Virus record (IMG/VR): IMGVR_UViG_3300032579_000010
Span: 31,016 to 95,015 of that record
DNA from: a virus
DNA length: 64,000 nucleotides
Reading direction: 5' to 3' (one strand)
This document shows positions 9,153 through 19,400 of the stretch, in pieces. Each line of letters begins with the position of its first letter. Position 1 is the first letter of the stretch. The notes beneath the pieces were generated by a model, which had not been told where the DNA came from, searched no databases, and was given only the letters and a program-made list of their open reading frames with translations. Both the position numbers and the translations under genes were made by a program.

Positions 9153-9898
9153 TTATTTCCCCTTACTAGGCGGTAAAACTTTTTTGAATAACTGTTTTTG
9201 CGGTAAGTGTTCTTTTGGTTTCGCCACTCTTCGTCGTATCCTTGAGCGTTGGAGTTCATTTCACTATACCCCTCACGAGTAGCCAGCAAAAGACCGGGGC
9301 GATACTCAAGGGAGTAATCCTCTCGCTTGAACGGGATTATTTGTACGAATGGTGTTCCAGCAGGAATAACGCCCTCAAAGTCATTGCGCAAGTAAAACGC
9401 AATCTTGCCCGTTGGCATTTTGTAGTACCCGTCCATTACGGCAGACAGGGTGATAAACGGCACGTCAAACCTGTTGAGGGGCTGTGTGAACAAGCAACTG
9501 TAGCCTTCGGGGATTTCCAGCGAAAGCCTGTTATCCCAAGAGAACGATACGGGGCTGTAACCGTGGGGGGCTGGCATCATTCCTACGTCGTTGGCTTGAC
9601 GCTCACCCATTACCTCAGAGGCGGAACTCATCCGCAACACTCCGTTTTCTTTGGTGACTATGTATTCCTCAGGGGTGAGAAGCAAATACCCGATAGTAAG
9701 TGCCTCAATAAAGGGTAGGCAGTGTTTGACCGAAGGCATTTCACCACCGTCGACGCTTTTGAAAACAAGGGGGATTTTCTTGTACCAGTCAGGAACAAGT
9801 TGTGAGGTTGATTCGATTATTGGGTTGTCGCCGCAATGGTCAAGGTCGTAATAAAAAGTGACCTTTTCACCGCTACCAGTACTTGTCGAAGTTTCCAT
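9149..9898 (-). CDS. DUF6065-related protein (divergent)
   Basis: VPDWYK...VKHCLPFIEALTIGYLL...PEGYSCLFTQPLNR...IPAGTPFVQIIPFKRE. Confidence 0.6.
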   Translation of the reverse strand: METSTSTGSGEKVTFYYDLDHCGDNPIIESTSQLVPDWYKKIPLVFKSVDGGEMPSVKHCLPFIEALTIGYLLLTPEEYIVTKENGVLRMSSASEVMGERQANDVGMMPAPHGYSPVSFSWDNRLSLEIPEGYSCLFTQPLNRFDVPFITLSAVMDGYYKMPTGKIAFYLRNDFEGVIPAGTPFVQIIPFKREDYSLEYRPGLLLATREGYSEMNSNAQGYDEEWRNQKNTYRKNSYSKKFYRLVRGNK

Positions 9899-10601
9899 TT
9901 AAGTGTGCATCACCAAGATATTTGGGCGTTACGTTACGGCACCAGAAGGCTGTATTAACGTAACGAACTCCATTGGCAATAGGGTTAATGCCGTGCGGAT
10001 TCTCCACCGTTCCCTCAAAAATGACTAATAAACCCGGCTTGGGCTTAATCATAAAGTTATTGTGTCGAGGGAAGTAGATTTCACCACCATCAAAGTCGCC
10101 GCTGAGATACAACATACTGGTGTAGTGCTTTTGAGTGTTGTAAATGCGGTAGATTTCCTCGGCGGCAGGTGGGAACCACATTTCGTTGTAATCAGCAGGC
10201 AGGTCAGTTTCACGGTTGAAGTCAGGATTTATGTAGTCAATGTGTGGTTGTTGCCAGAATGGTTCGTGCCACCGCACGATTTCCCACGACTCAAGGAAGA
10301 TGCTGTCGTGAGTCCTCTCAAAGAAGTTTTCCACCTCAATGCGTGAGCGTTCCTTAACGTCCCAAGCGAGAGAAAGCAGTTCGGGGCAAAGGCGAAGCGA
10401 GGCAATCTGGTGAAGGTCAATAACCCTGTCGTTCCACTGCGTGTTGAACTGAGCACGGTGCTCTTCCTTTATGTCGCTATCTACGCCAATGTTGGCGATT
10501 GACCATAAATCCGATTTCTTGGACTCTTCAATCAGGAACTCACAGTTTTCAGTACTAATGAAGTTCTCAATAATCCTTACTTTGGGCGATTCGTAGTCCA
10601 T
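9873..10601 (-). CDS. 2OG-Fe(II) oxygenase
   Basis: QPHID...TSMLYLSGDFDGGEIYF...HGINPIANGVRY. Confidence 0.9.
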   Translation of the reverse strand: MDYESPKVRIIENFISTENCEFLIEESKKSDLWSIANIGVDSDIKEEHRAQFNTQWNDRVIDLHQIASLRLCPELLSLAWDVKERSRIEVENFFERTHDSIFLESWEIVRWHEPFWQQPHIDYINPDFNRETDLPADYNEMWFPPAAEEIYRIYNTQKHYTSMLYLSGDFDGGEIYFPRHNNFMIKPKPGLLVIFEGTVENPHGINPIANGVRYVNTAFWCRNVTPKYLGDAHLNGNFDKYW

Positions 10602-11164
10602 TGTTCCTCCGTAACTTGACCACGGATTACATCAATGTAATCTGGTCCTTTTGTGTAAAACCAGTGGTCAGGCTCTACAAAATGAAAAAACACCATGCCA
10701 ACAATCTGGTTCTCTGGGTCGGGTATTGCCTCACGCCAGTGCTCCTGTTCATTCCCGTAGTAGGCAAGGGCTTGGTTGGGCATAAGTGTGTAGGACTTGC
10801 CTTCGACAAACAAGTCCCAAGGACGGTTTTGATACAGGCACATATCTAGCGTGTAGGTGCAAGCGTTATCGTCTTTGTGGTGGAAAAGGTTGGGTATTGC
10901 GTTGCCATTTTTTTGGTATTGGGCAAAAAAAGCGTAACTGGGCAGTAGGGAGTGACTATTGAATACCCTGCGAGCCTTCCAAACCGAGCGAGTAAAAGCC
11001 TCACGCAATAGTGGGTTTCTCGTGTCGCTTAGGCAGTACCGACCAAATCCCTCGTCGTAAGAGTTCTCCTGAACAATGACGGATTTCAGTGCCTCAGAAA
11101 TGTACTCGTAGTAGTGAGGCTCAAATAGATTATCAACGATTACGGGTTCTCTCATTTTACCCAC
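10577..11164 (-). CDS. 2OG-Fe(II) oxygenase (divergent subfamily)
   Basis: LFHHKDDNACTYTLDMCL...YYGNEQEHWRE...FFHFV. Confidence 0.75.
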   Translation of the reverse strand: MGKMREPVIVDNLFEPHYYEYISEALKSVIVQENSYDEGFGRYCLSDTRNPLLREAFTRSVWKARRVFNSHSLLPSYAFFAQYQKNGNAIPNLFHHKDDNACTYTLDMCLYQNRPWDLFVEGKSYTLMPNQALAYYGNEQEHWREAIPDPENQIVGMVFFHFVEPDHWFYTKGPDYIDVIRGQVTEEQWTTNRPK

Positions 11165-11760
11165 TGCACTATTGCGTATCGGGTGCCACGCATAACGGGC
11201 ATCACCTCGTGTGTGTACATAAAGTTTGATGGAAAAATAATCAACTGCTTGGCTTGTGGCTTAATGCTTAATCCAAAGTTGTCAAACAGGATTTCACCAC
11301 CCTCGTAATCATCATTGACGTAGTAGCAAAGCGAGACACGACGAAGGAGCGCACTACCGTCGTCGCAGTGGTCACGGAAACGCTGTCCAAACCCATATCG
11401 AAGGATTGAAAAGTCCTCGTACACATTCTCTAGGTCAACATTGTATTTTTGCTTGTACTGGTCGTAGTAAGGGGCAAAGGCTTCGTAAAGTTTTTGAGAC
11501 ACAAACACCTTCAACCAATCAGGTGATTCTTTCAGAGGCATTGGCTCGTCTTTGATTGGCTGAGGCGCTGTATAAACAAAGCAGTTTCGTGATTTCGTAT
11601 TAACAAAACCTTCACCGTTTTCACCAATGACCATAGACGGTTCCCAAAGGCTCACAAGACCCTGAGATTCCTGCTCAATCAAGTCAATAATGCTATTGCT
11701 TGTTGGAAAGACGTTGTATGCGGTGACAATGCCGGGGGCGATTTCTGTAAACTGTTCCAC
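11152..11760 (-). CDS. 2OG-Fe(II) oxygenase (prolyl 4-hydroxylase-like)
   Basis: ILRYGFGQRFRDHCD...YYVNDDYEGGEILF...FPSNFMYTHEVMPVMRGTRY. Confidence 0.9.
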   Translation of the reverse strand: MEQFTEIAPGIVTAYNVFPTSNSIIDLIEQESQGLVSLWEPSMVIGENGEGFVNTKSRNCFVYTAPQPIKDEPMPLKESPDWLKVFVSQKLYEAFAPYYDQYKQKYNVDLENVYEDFSILRYGFGQRFRDHCDDGSALLRRVSLCYYVNDDYEGGEILFDNFGLSIKPQAKQLIIFPSNFMYTHEVMPVMRGTRYAIVQWVK

Positions 11761-11788
11761 ATCACCACACTACAGCATAAACCACCCT

Positions 11789-12334
11789 CTACGCCGAGGG
11801 CATAAAGTCACCAAAAACGACGGCAGCCCTTTGTCTTGTAAGACTTTTCACCTCGTGGTCTACGCCACTGGGCATAAAGAGGATGTCGCCGGGTTCTAAT
11901 ACAAACTCGTAGTTTTCACCATGACCTTTTCGAGTGTCCCATAGTTGCCACGAGGAACGACCAACGCAGTTCAAGTGGAACATATTGCTATGGTCGGCGT
12001 GTCTAGTTACGCCCGTTAAGGCATCGCCTTCATTGGACTCGGAAATAAACATATACATAGAAACACCAAAGGTTTCGTCACGGATACTGTCTAGTTCGTT
12101 CCAAACAAACCTCAGTCCGTTTAGTTGGTCGAGGTGTTTCTCAAACTCTATACCGTCGAAATACACGGCACAAAATGTTCCTTCGGGGTAAGCAACTGCC
12201 CACGGTGGTGGGTTATCCCGAAGAGGAACAAGTTGCTTCCAATCAGGCATTTCAGTAACTAGACCACGAATAACAACGGGTTTGGATAGGTCTAGTGATG
12301 AAATGTGCTCGGAAAAGGTAGCCATAGAACCCAC
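11789..12334 (-). CDS. JmjC/cupin-type oxygenase
   Basis: KPVVIRG...HADHSNMFHLNCVGRSSWQLW...LEPGDILFMPSGVDHEV. Confidence 0.8.
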   Translation of the reverse strand: MGSMATFSEHISSLDLSKPVVIRGLVTEMPDWKQLVPLRDNPPPWAVAYPEGTFCAVYFDGIEFEKHLDQLNGLRFVWNELDSIRDETFGVSMYMFISESNEGDALTGVTRHADHSNMFHLNCVGRSSWQLWDTRKGHGENYEFVLEPGDILFMPSGVDHEVKSLTRQRAAVVFGDFMPSA

Positions 12335-12340
12335 CCCCGA

Positions 12341-13438
12341 TTATTGCGGAGTGGGTTCTATGTACTGATAGCCCGATGCGACCTTTATGTTGTGCGTCAA
12401 GATTCCAGCACCAAAAAACAGGTCATTTGGACCAACGGTCAGTTTTGACACCAAAACGTTTGCCGAAACAATCTCGACAGAGGTAATCGGTATCGCCTGA
12501 AGTTCCTCGTTCATCAAGAGGTCGCCAATCTGCATTGACCACGCCCTCATGAACTGCCAAACGCCAGCACGATTCACGAACACAAAGTGGTCACCCGTCA
12601 AACTGATTTGGTCGTTGAAGGTGTAGTAGCCAGAAGCGCCAATGTCGGTGTTTGCCTGAACAATAGTGGTTTCGTAGGTTGTTTGACCTATTTGCGAATC
12701 CGGTACCGACCAAACCGACGCTGGGTACCAAAGGTTAACTATTTCACCATTTGGATACGTCGGAATAACCGCTGTCTTTAGCACGTCGCCAACTTGAACG
12801 TCCTCAATGTTTTTGAGCGTACCGTCAGCCATGAGAATCGGAGTTCCGTGGATAAAGCATCCACCCCTAGGTGGCGGCACTGGCGGCGGAACTGGTGGCG
12901 GAACGTATGGCGGAACGTATGGCGGCTTTGGTGGCGGAACGTAGGGCGGAACGTAGGGCGCAATGTAGGGTGGCGTATAAGGCGGCGGAACGGGCGGCGG
13001 AACGTAGGGCGGCGGAACGGGTGGCGGAACGTAGGGCGGCGTATAAGGTGGCGGAACGTAGGGCGGCGTATAAGGCGGCGGAACGTAGTTAGGGACATCT
13101 GAACCGCTATACGCAGAATACCCACTGCTTCCAGCATTATTCACGGCCGCTACGGCGTATTCGTATGTGTAGTTAGCAGAAAAACCGTAACTAACTAGCG
13201 CAGGACTTGAGGTGAAACCTGCCTGATACGAAACAACGGTTCCCGTATTGACGCAGTAAATCGCAACAGTAAATGTCTTTGCTTTGGAGCCGTTTGGGTT
13301 TGGCGTGAAGTAAACATTCACCTGAGTTCCACTTACAACGGACGGTGAGCCAATAGTGGGCGTATTAGGAGGCTTGATTAGAAAGTCGCCAGAGTCATCT
13401 GCCGACATACTCCCTCGTGCGCCAATAATAGGACTCAT
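12341..13438 (-). CDS. Fibre-tip-type protein: FN3 domain + extensin-like Pro-rich repeat + Hint (BIL-type) domain
   Basis: MSPIIGARG N-terminus; FN3 pattern (YEYAVAAVNNAGSSGYS); PPY(V/T)P repeats; CFIHGTPILMADG...IEDVQVGD...ILTHN. Confidence 0.8.
   Translation of the reverse strand: MSPIIGARGSMSADDSGDFLIKPPNTPTIGSPSVVSGTQVNVYFTPNPNGSKAKTFTVAIYCVNTGTVVSYQAGFTSSPALVSYGFSANYTYEYAVAAVNNAGSSGYSAYSGSDVPNYVPPPYTPPYVPPPYTPPYVPPPVPPPYVPPPVPPPYTPPYIAPYVPPYVPPPKPPYVPPYVPPPVPPPVPPPRGGCFIHGTPILMADGTLKNIEDVQVGDVLKTAVIPTYPNGEIVNLWYPASVWSVPDSQIGQTTYETTIVQANTDIGASGYYTFNDQISLTGDHFVFVNRAGVWQFMRAWSMQIGDLLMNEELQAIPITSVEIVSANVLVSKLTVGPNDLFFGAGILTHNIKVASGYQYIEPTPQ
12389..12859 (-). other. Hint domain (bacterial intein-like)
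   Basis: Cys1 (CFIHG), TGDH block B, terminal HN followed by Ile rather than C/S/T. Confidence 0.85.
12871..13088 (-). repeat. Pro-rich tandem coding repeat (PPYVP/PPYTP/PPPVP)
   Basis: Repeated ggcggaacgtagggcggc / ggcggcgtataagg units. Confidence 0.9.
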
Positions 13439-13452
13439 AACCCTACTTTACA

Positions 13453-16400
13453 CTAAAACTGGGTAAGTGAGGCAAAGATAACATACGTTGCGTTTGCTGT
13501 CTTGGTAATAGTGAAGTTGTAAGCGTCATACCCGTTGGCGTATCCGTTGGTTGGGTAACCCAGACCACCAGCCCAGTAAATCGAGGACTGCGAACCGTCA
13601 ATGTAGACCGTATTACAGTAGTACGAAGCACCAGAACCACCCTGAAGCACCATTACGGCAACCGTCACACTTTGACCAACTGAAAGAAGGCTGTTGAGTG
13701 TTGAGCCACCCGAAGTTCCTGTGAAGTTGAACTGGAAGGTGTTGGTTGCCTGTGAGGTGAACAACACAAGCGAGCCTTGACCCGTCAAGTAGATGGTTTG
13801 TACACCGTTCGGGCTGTTGCTGTTGAGGTACGTCGTTTCGATTGGCGAGGTGAATACCGTGTTAATGGTCGTCGCTGGTGTACCTTGGTAGCCCTGATTT
13901 CCCTGATAACCTTGATTTCCTTGGTATCCTTGCGGTCCTTGAGCACCAGTCGAGCCAGTGATACCTTGGTATCCCTGAACACCCTGCGCACCAGTTGAAC
14001 CCTGAGCACCAGTAAATCCTTGGAATCCTTGGTTTCCTTGAGTACCTTGATAGCCCTGCGAACCAGTCGCACCTTGGTAGCCCTGAGGTCCGGTGGCACC
14101 AGTGTTGCCCTGATACCCCTGATACCCCTGCGCACCCTTTTGACCGTCAACATTTACCGTCCAAGTAGAACTTGTGCCTGAGCCAGTTACCGTGGCGACA
14201 TTGACCACCAGAGCGCCTGTAGAGGCGTTGTATGAGGCGACCAGACCGACCATTGTTCCAACGGTAGAGACGAGCGATACGCCCTGTCCTGCCGTGTAAG
14301 CCAGACCAGTTCCTACGGTGAGGGTTTGAGAACCAGTACCAATGGTGAGCGAGGTTGTACTTGTCGTGGCGAATGAAGCGCCTTGGTACCCTTGGTATCC
14401 CTGATAGCCCTGAGTACCCTGCGGACCAGTTTGTCCTTGAGCACCCTGAGGACCGTAGCCACCAGTAGAACCTGTTGAACCTTGATAACCCTGAGTACCT
14501 TGCGTTCCTTGGTAGCCCTGAACACCTTGGCTACCCGTTGCGCCTTGCGCACCCGTGTACCCTTGTAATCCTTGAGCGCCCTGAACACCTTGATAACCGA
14601 TAGCGCCCTGAACACCCTGTGCTCCTTGGTTACCAGTCGCACCAGTAGAACCCTGATAGCCCTGCGCTCCTTGAGCACCTTGCAGACCAGTTACACCTTG
14701 AACACCCTGCGTACCCTGAGCACCAGTGCTACCTTGGGCACCAGTTAGACCCTGCGTACCTTGCGGACCATAGCCACCAGTAGAACCAGTGTTTCCTTGG
14801 AAGCCTTGGTTACCCTGACTTCCTTGAAAGCCTTGGAAACCCTGCGCACCAGTCGTACCCTGAGCACCTGTGTATCCCTGATAACCCTGTGGTCCTTGTG
14901 CTCCCTGAGCACCTGTAGCGCCCGTGGCACCTTGAACACCTTGGTTACCAGTTGCACCCGTGTAGCCTTGCGTACCTTGCGTACCTTGGGCACCAGTAGC
15001 ACCCGTCAGACCTTGCGAGCCTTGTGGTCCAATGCCACCAGTGGCACCAACGTTACCTTGGTAGCCTTGATAACCTTGTGCGCCCTGATACCCTTGAACA
15101 CCTTGAGCGCCAGTTGAACCTTGCGCACCAGTCGTTCCTTGGTATCCCTGAGCACCCTGAGAACCAGTGGCTCCCGTGGAACCTTGAACACCCTGAGTAC
15201 CCTGTGCCCCAGTAAAGCCTTGGTAGCCCTGTGCACCTTGCGTTCCTGTAGCACCAGTAGCACCTTGTACACCTTGAGTACCTTGCGCACCAGTAAAGCC
15301 CTGATAACCCTGACTTCCCTGCGCACCAGTAGACCCTTGGTATCCTTGGTAACCCTGATAACCACGAGTACCTTGGTTACCCTGCGAACCCTGCGGACCT
15401 GTGAAGCCTCGGAATCCTTGGTAACCCTGAACTCCCTGAATACCAGAGAGCGAGAAGTACCAGTTGCTGATTGTGCCAGTGGCACCTTCGCCTGAGTAGC
15501 CAGTCAGCGAGATGGTGAACTCGAAGCCCGAACCACCAGCATTGACAACGCTGTAGATAAAGCCTGTGTAGAAAACCGCTACACCGTCAGTGTCGTTTCC
15601 AGCAAGCGTTACTGCTTGACCCGTGTAGTACGAGTCGGTAGTTGCGTTGTAGAACACTGCCGTTGAGCCAACATCTGCGCCAGTTGCGTCAAGGGCAGAA
15701 ACAGTGGTGATTGCGTAGGCTGGGAAGTCTGCGCCCTGAACACCCTGAACACCTTGGTGTCCTTGCGTACCCTGACTACCCTGAACACCTTGGTATCCCT
15801 GAAGTCCTTGGTAACCCTGAGCACCTTGGCTACCTGTGTAGCCCTGATACCCTTGAGCACCCTGAACTCCTTGGTAACCAATGGCTCCTTGGTAGCCTTG
15901 AGCACCCTGCGAACCTGTCGCACCTGTGTATCCTTGGCTACCTTGTGCACCAGTCGAGCCTTGGTAACCCTGCGTACCTTGTGCGCCTTGGTAACCCTGA
16001 GCACCGCTGGCACCCTGATTACCTTGCGGACCTTGGACGGTACCAACGCTAATCCACTGGCTTTCAGCAGTAGACCAAACATAAACGTCTGGACCAACAA
16101 TGTACGCCGTGCCCGGTACGTCTGGACCAGTGGGCCAAGCCGCTTCCAGTGCTGATTCGGACGAGTAGGTTCCTTGAATGTTGAACGCCGTACCAGCGTT
16201 ACCTTGGTAGCCTTGCGTACCTTGGTAACCCTGCGGACCGAGAATGTCAGCAACTTCCTGCCACTCGTTTAGTTCAGCGTTCCACGCATAGACCTGACCA
16301 ACAATGACATAGACCTGACCAGTAATGGCTGGACCACTTGGGTGGGCAGAAGTGAGGTCTTCGATAGTGTCGTAGGAACCAGCGATAGTTACGGAGTAAC

Positions 16401-19400
16401 CAGAATCACCTTGGTAACCTTGGGCACCCTGCGGACCAAACTCACGCCACGGCATATCGTCAGTGCCAAGAGCGTTGGTTGACTTGAATGACGTGACCCA
16501 GACGGTTCCACCATTTGTCGTTCCCTTTAGAACCTGAACAATAGAGGCGGCAATCTTGCCTGCCGTGTCAATGTCGTTGTCTCGAACTGCCGAGAAACCA
16601 GATGAAGAGCCGTCACTAGTGACGACATAGACACCGTTCTGTGAAGCCGTTGTCTGGTCTTTCAGCAAGAAGCGGTCATCCACACTCAGGACATAGCCGT
16701 CGAGAGACAAGGTGCCTGAGATGTTGAGGTTGATAACGTCAGCCGTTACTGGGTAGTCATTTGACGTGTTGTTGTTGGCGACGTAGGTAACATCAACGTT
16801 TCCTGTAGAAGCAAGTTCTACAGGCTCGTGGACGTTGTACTGAACGTACTGTGGAGGCCCGTTCAGACCCAAGTTGCCGTAAGACATGAGCAACTGCCCA
16901 GCCTCACCGTAGCCACCTGCGAAGGTGGGAATGTAGGCAAAGACAATGGGGTCAGAACCGAGCGTTGTGCCAGTCTTGAGTTGGCACTGCCACGATGTAC
17001 CACCGTTTTCAGAACCAGAACTGACCTGAATAATCGAAGCGGCTAGTTTGTCAACGGTATCTACGTCGTTGTCACGAACCGCCTCAAATGCGCTTTCACC
17101 ATCGGTTCCGTCAACCAGAACAACATACACACCGTTTTGTGCTGAGTTGGTCTGGTCTTTTAGCAAGAACCTGTCGTTAGAAGCAAGTTGGTATCCGTCA
17201 ATGGTGACGGTTCCAACGCCCGTTGCGGTGAAAGTGTCAGCGGCAACGGGCCAGTCGTTGGTCAGGTTTGCGCCGACTGCGTATGTCCAATCCCAGTTTT
17301 CACCAGTCGTAGCAACTACAACAGGCTCGTGGATTTGGTATTGGATGTACTGTGGCGGACCATTGTGACCAATGTTTCCGTAACTCATCAAGAGTTGTCC
17401 AGCGTTACCGTATGAACCAGTGTTTGCGTTCGCAATGAAGGTGATTGGGTCAGTGCCCATTACCGCCAGAGCCGAGGTCGCACACTGCCAAGTGGTACCA
17501 CCGTTTTCAGTACCTTCGGAGACTTGGATAAGTGAAGCCGCAATCTTTTCGATGCGGTCAACGTCGTTGTCACGAATGAGGTGAATCTTTCCGTTGTCGT
17601 CGTTGAGAGACGATACGACATACACACCATTTTCGGCGGCGTTGGTCTGGTCTTTCACCAAAATACGGTCATCAACCTGAACGGTGTAGCCGTCAATCCT
17701 CCACGTTCCTGAAACAGGAATGTCGAGGGTGTCTACCCAGAGGGGGTGGTCATTGGTGTTATCGCCAGCAGAAGTGTCAGCGTCGCCAACTGTGTAGGTT
17801 CCTGCGAGGTTTTCACCAGTAGTCGCTACACGAACAGGCTCGTGGACACCGTAAGTAATGAACTCCGGCCCGCCGTTGGCAATGTCGCCATACGACATGA
17901 GAAGTTGTCCTGCGTTTCCAGCACTTGACCAAGTAGCAGAGCCGTCTGTGGCACCGAACATAACGCCACCAGAGGTGATGCCGTAGGCAATCGGTCCTTG
18001 TGTACCTTGCTGACCAAAGTACCCCTGATAACCCTGTGTTCCCTGATAACCCTGCGGACCTTGATAGCCCTGATTACCTTGGAATCCTTGGAATCCTTGG
18101 AAACCTTGTGTGCCTTGAGCACCCGTATCACCTTGGAAGCCCTGATTACCTTGAGCACCAGTTTCTCCTTGGTTACCCTGATAGCCCTGAAGCCCTTGGT
18201 GACCCTGAACACCTTGAGCGCCTGTAGCGCCTTGGTATCCTTGGTTACCCTGAAAGCCTTGACTTCCTTGAGCACCAGTGGCACCTTGAACGCCTTGTGC
18301 GCCCGTAGAGCCTTGGAAGCCTTGATTGCCTTGGAATCCTTGAGAACCCTGAGCGCCAGTCGTGCCTTGGTAGCCTTGGTAGCCTTGGTTACCTTGGTAA
18401 CCCTGCGGTCCGGTGAGGTTGCCCGTGCCGTACCACGTTTGCGTATTTGCGCCATACACCCAAGTCGAACCGTCAGTTACCTTGAGGTACTGGTCGCCGT
18501 CCTTAATGCCGGGAATGGTTGAGAGTGGGTTTTCAGTACCCTCGAACCAACCAGTTCCTCGGTTTCCTTGGTATCCCTGATTTCCTTGGTACCCTTGATT
18601 TCCTTGGAAACCTTGATTACCTTGGAAGCCCTGATAACCCTGCGGACCAAAGGCTTGCCAAATAACGGGGTCGGTACCCAGCGTGTCGGTTGCCTTGAAC
18701 GTTGTCGTCCAAACAGAACCACCGTAGGTGTCACCCTGCTTGACCTGAACGATAGAAGCCGCCAACTTGTCGGCTGTGTCAATGTCGTTGTCACGGACTG
18801 CGCTAAAGGCGTTTTCAGTACCGTCAGAGGTGCAGACATACACACCGTTCTGGTACGCATCGTCTTGGTGAAGTAGCAAGAAACGGTCACCCACTTGGAC
18901 GGTGTATCCGTCGAGTGTTACCGTTCCTGAGCGGTTGCTGGTGATTGTGTCAGCGGCTACTGGGTAGTCGTTCGTGGTATCTCCACCGCTGGTGTAGGTA
19001 ACGTCCAGCGATGTGCCGTCTGACGAGACAGTAACTGGCTCGTGGATGTTGAGCGAGATGTACTGAGGCGAGCCATTGGTACCGATTTCACCATAACTCA
19101 TCAAGAACTGACCAGCAGTACCGTATCCGCCAGCCACCGTTGGGATGTAGGCAAAGACGATTGGTTCGGTTCCTAGGGTTGCGGTTGAGGAAGTCTGACA
19201 TTGCCACGACGTTCCACCATTCTGGGTACCTTGAAGCACCTGAATGATAGAGGCTGACAACTTTCCAATGGTATCTACGTCGTTGTCACGAACGGCTTGG
19301 AATACTTCGGTTGAGCCGTCGCTTAGGACTACATACACACCATTTTGGTTTGCGTCCTCTTCGTCCTTGACGAGGAATCGGTCATTGACCTGAAGCGTGT

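Noticed and set aside
12389-12859. Canonical splicing intein or mobile element
   Set aside because: No homing endonuclease, and the residue after terminal Asn is Ile, so it is treated as a BIL/Hint domain
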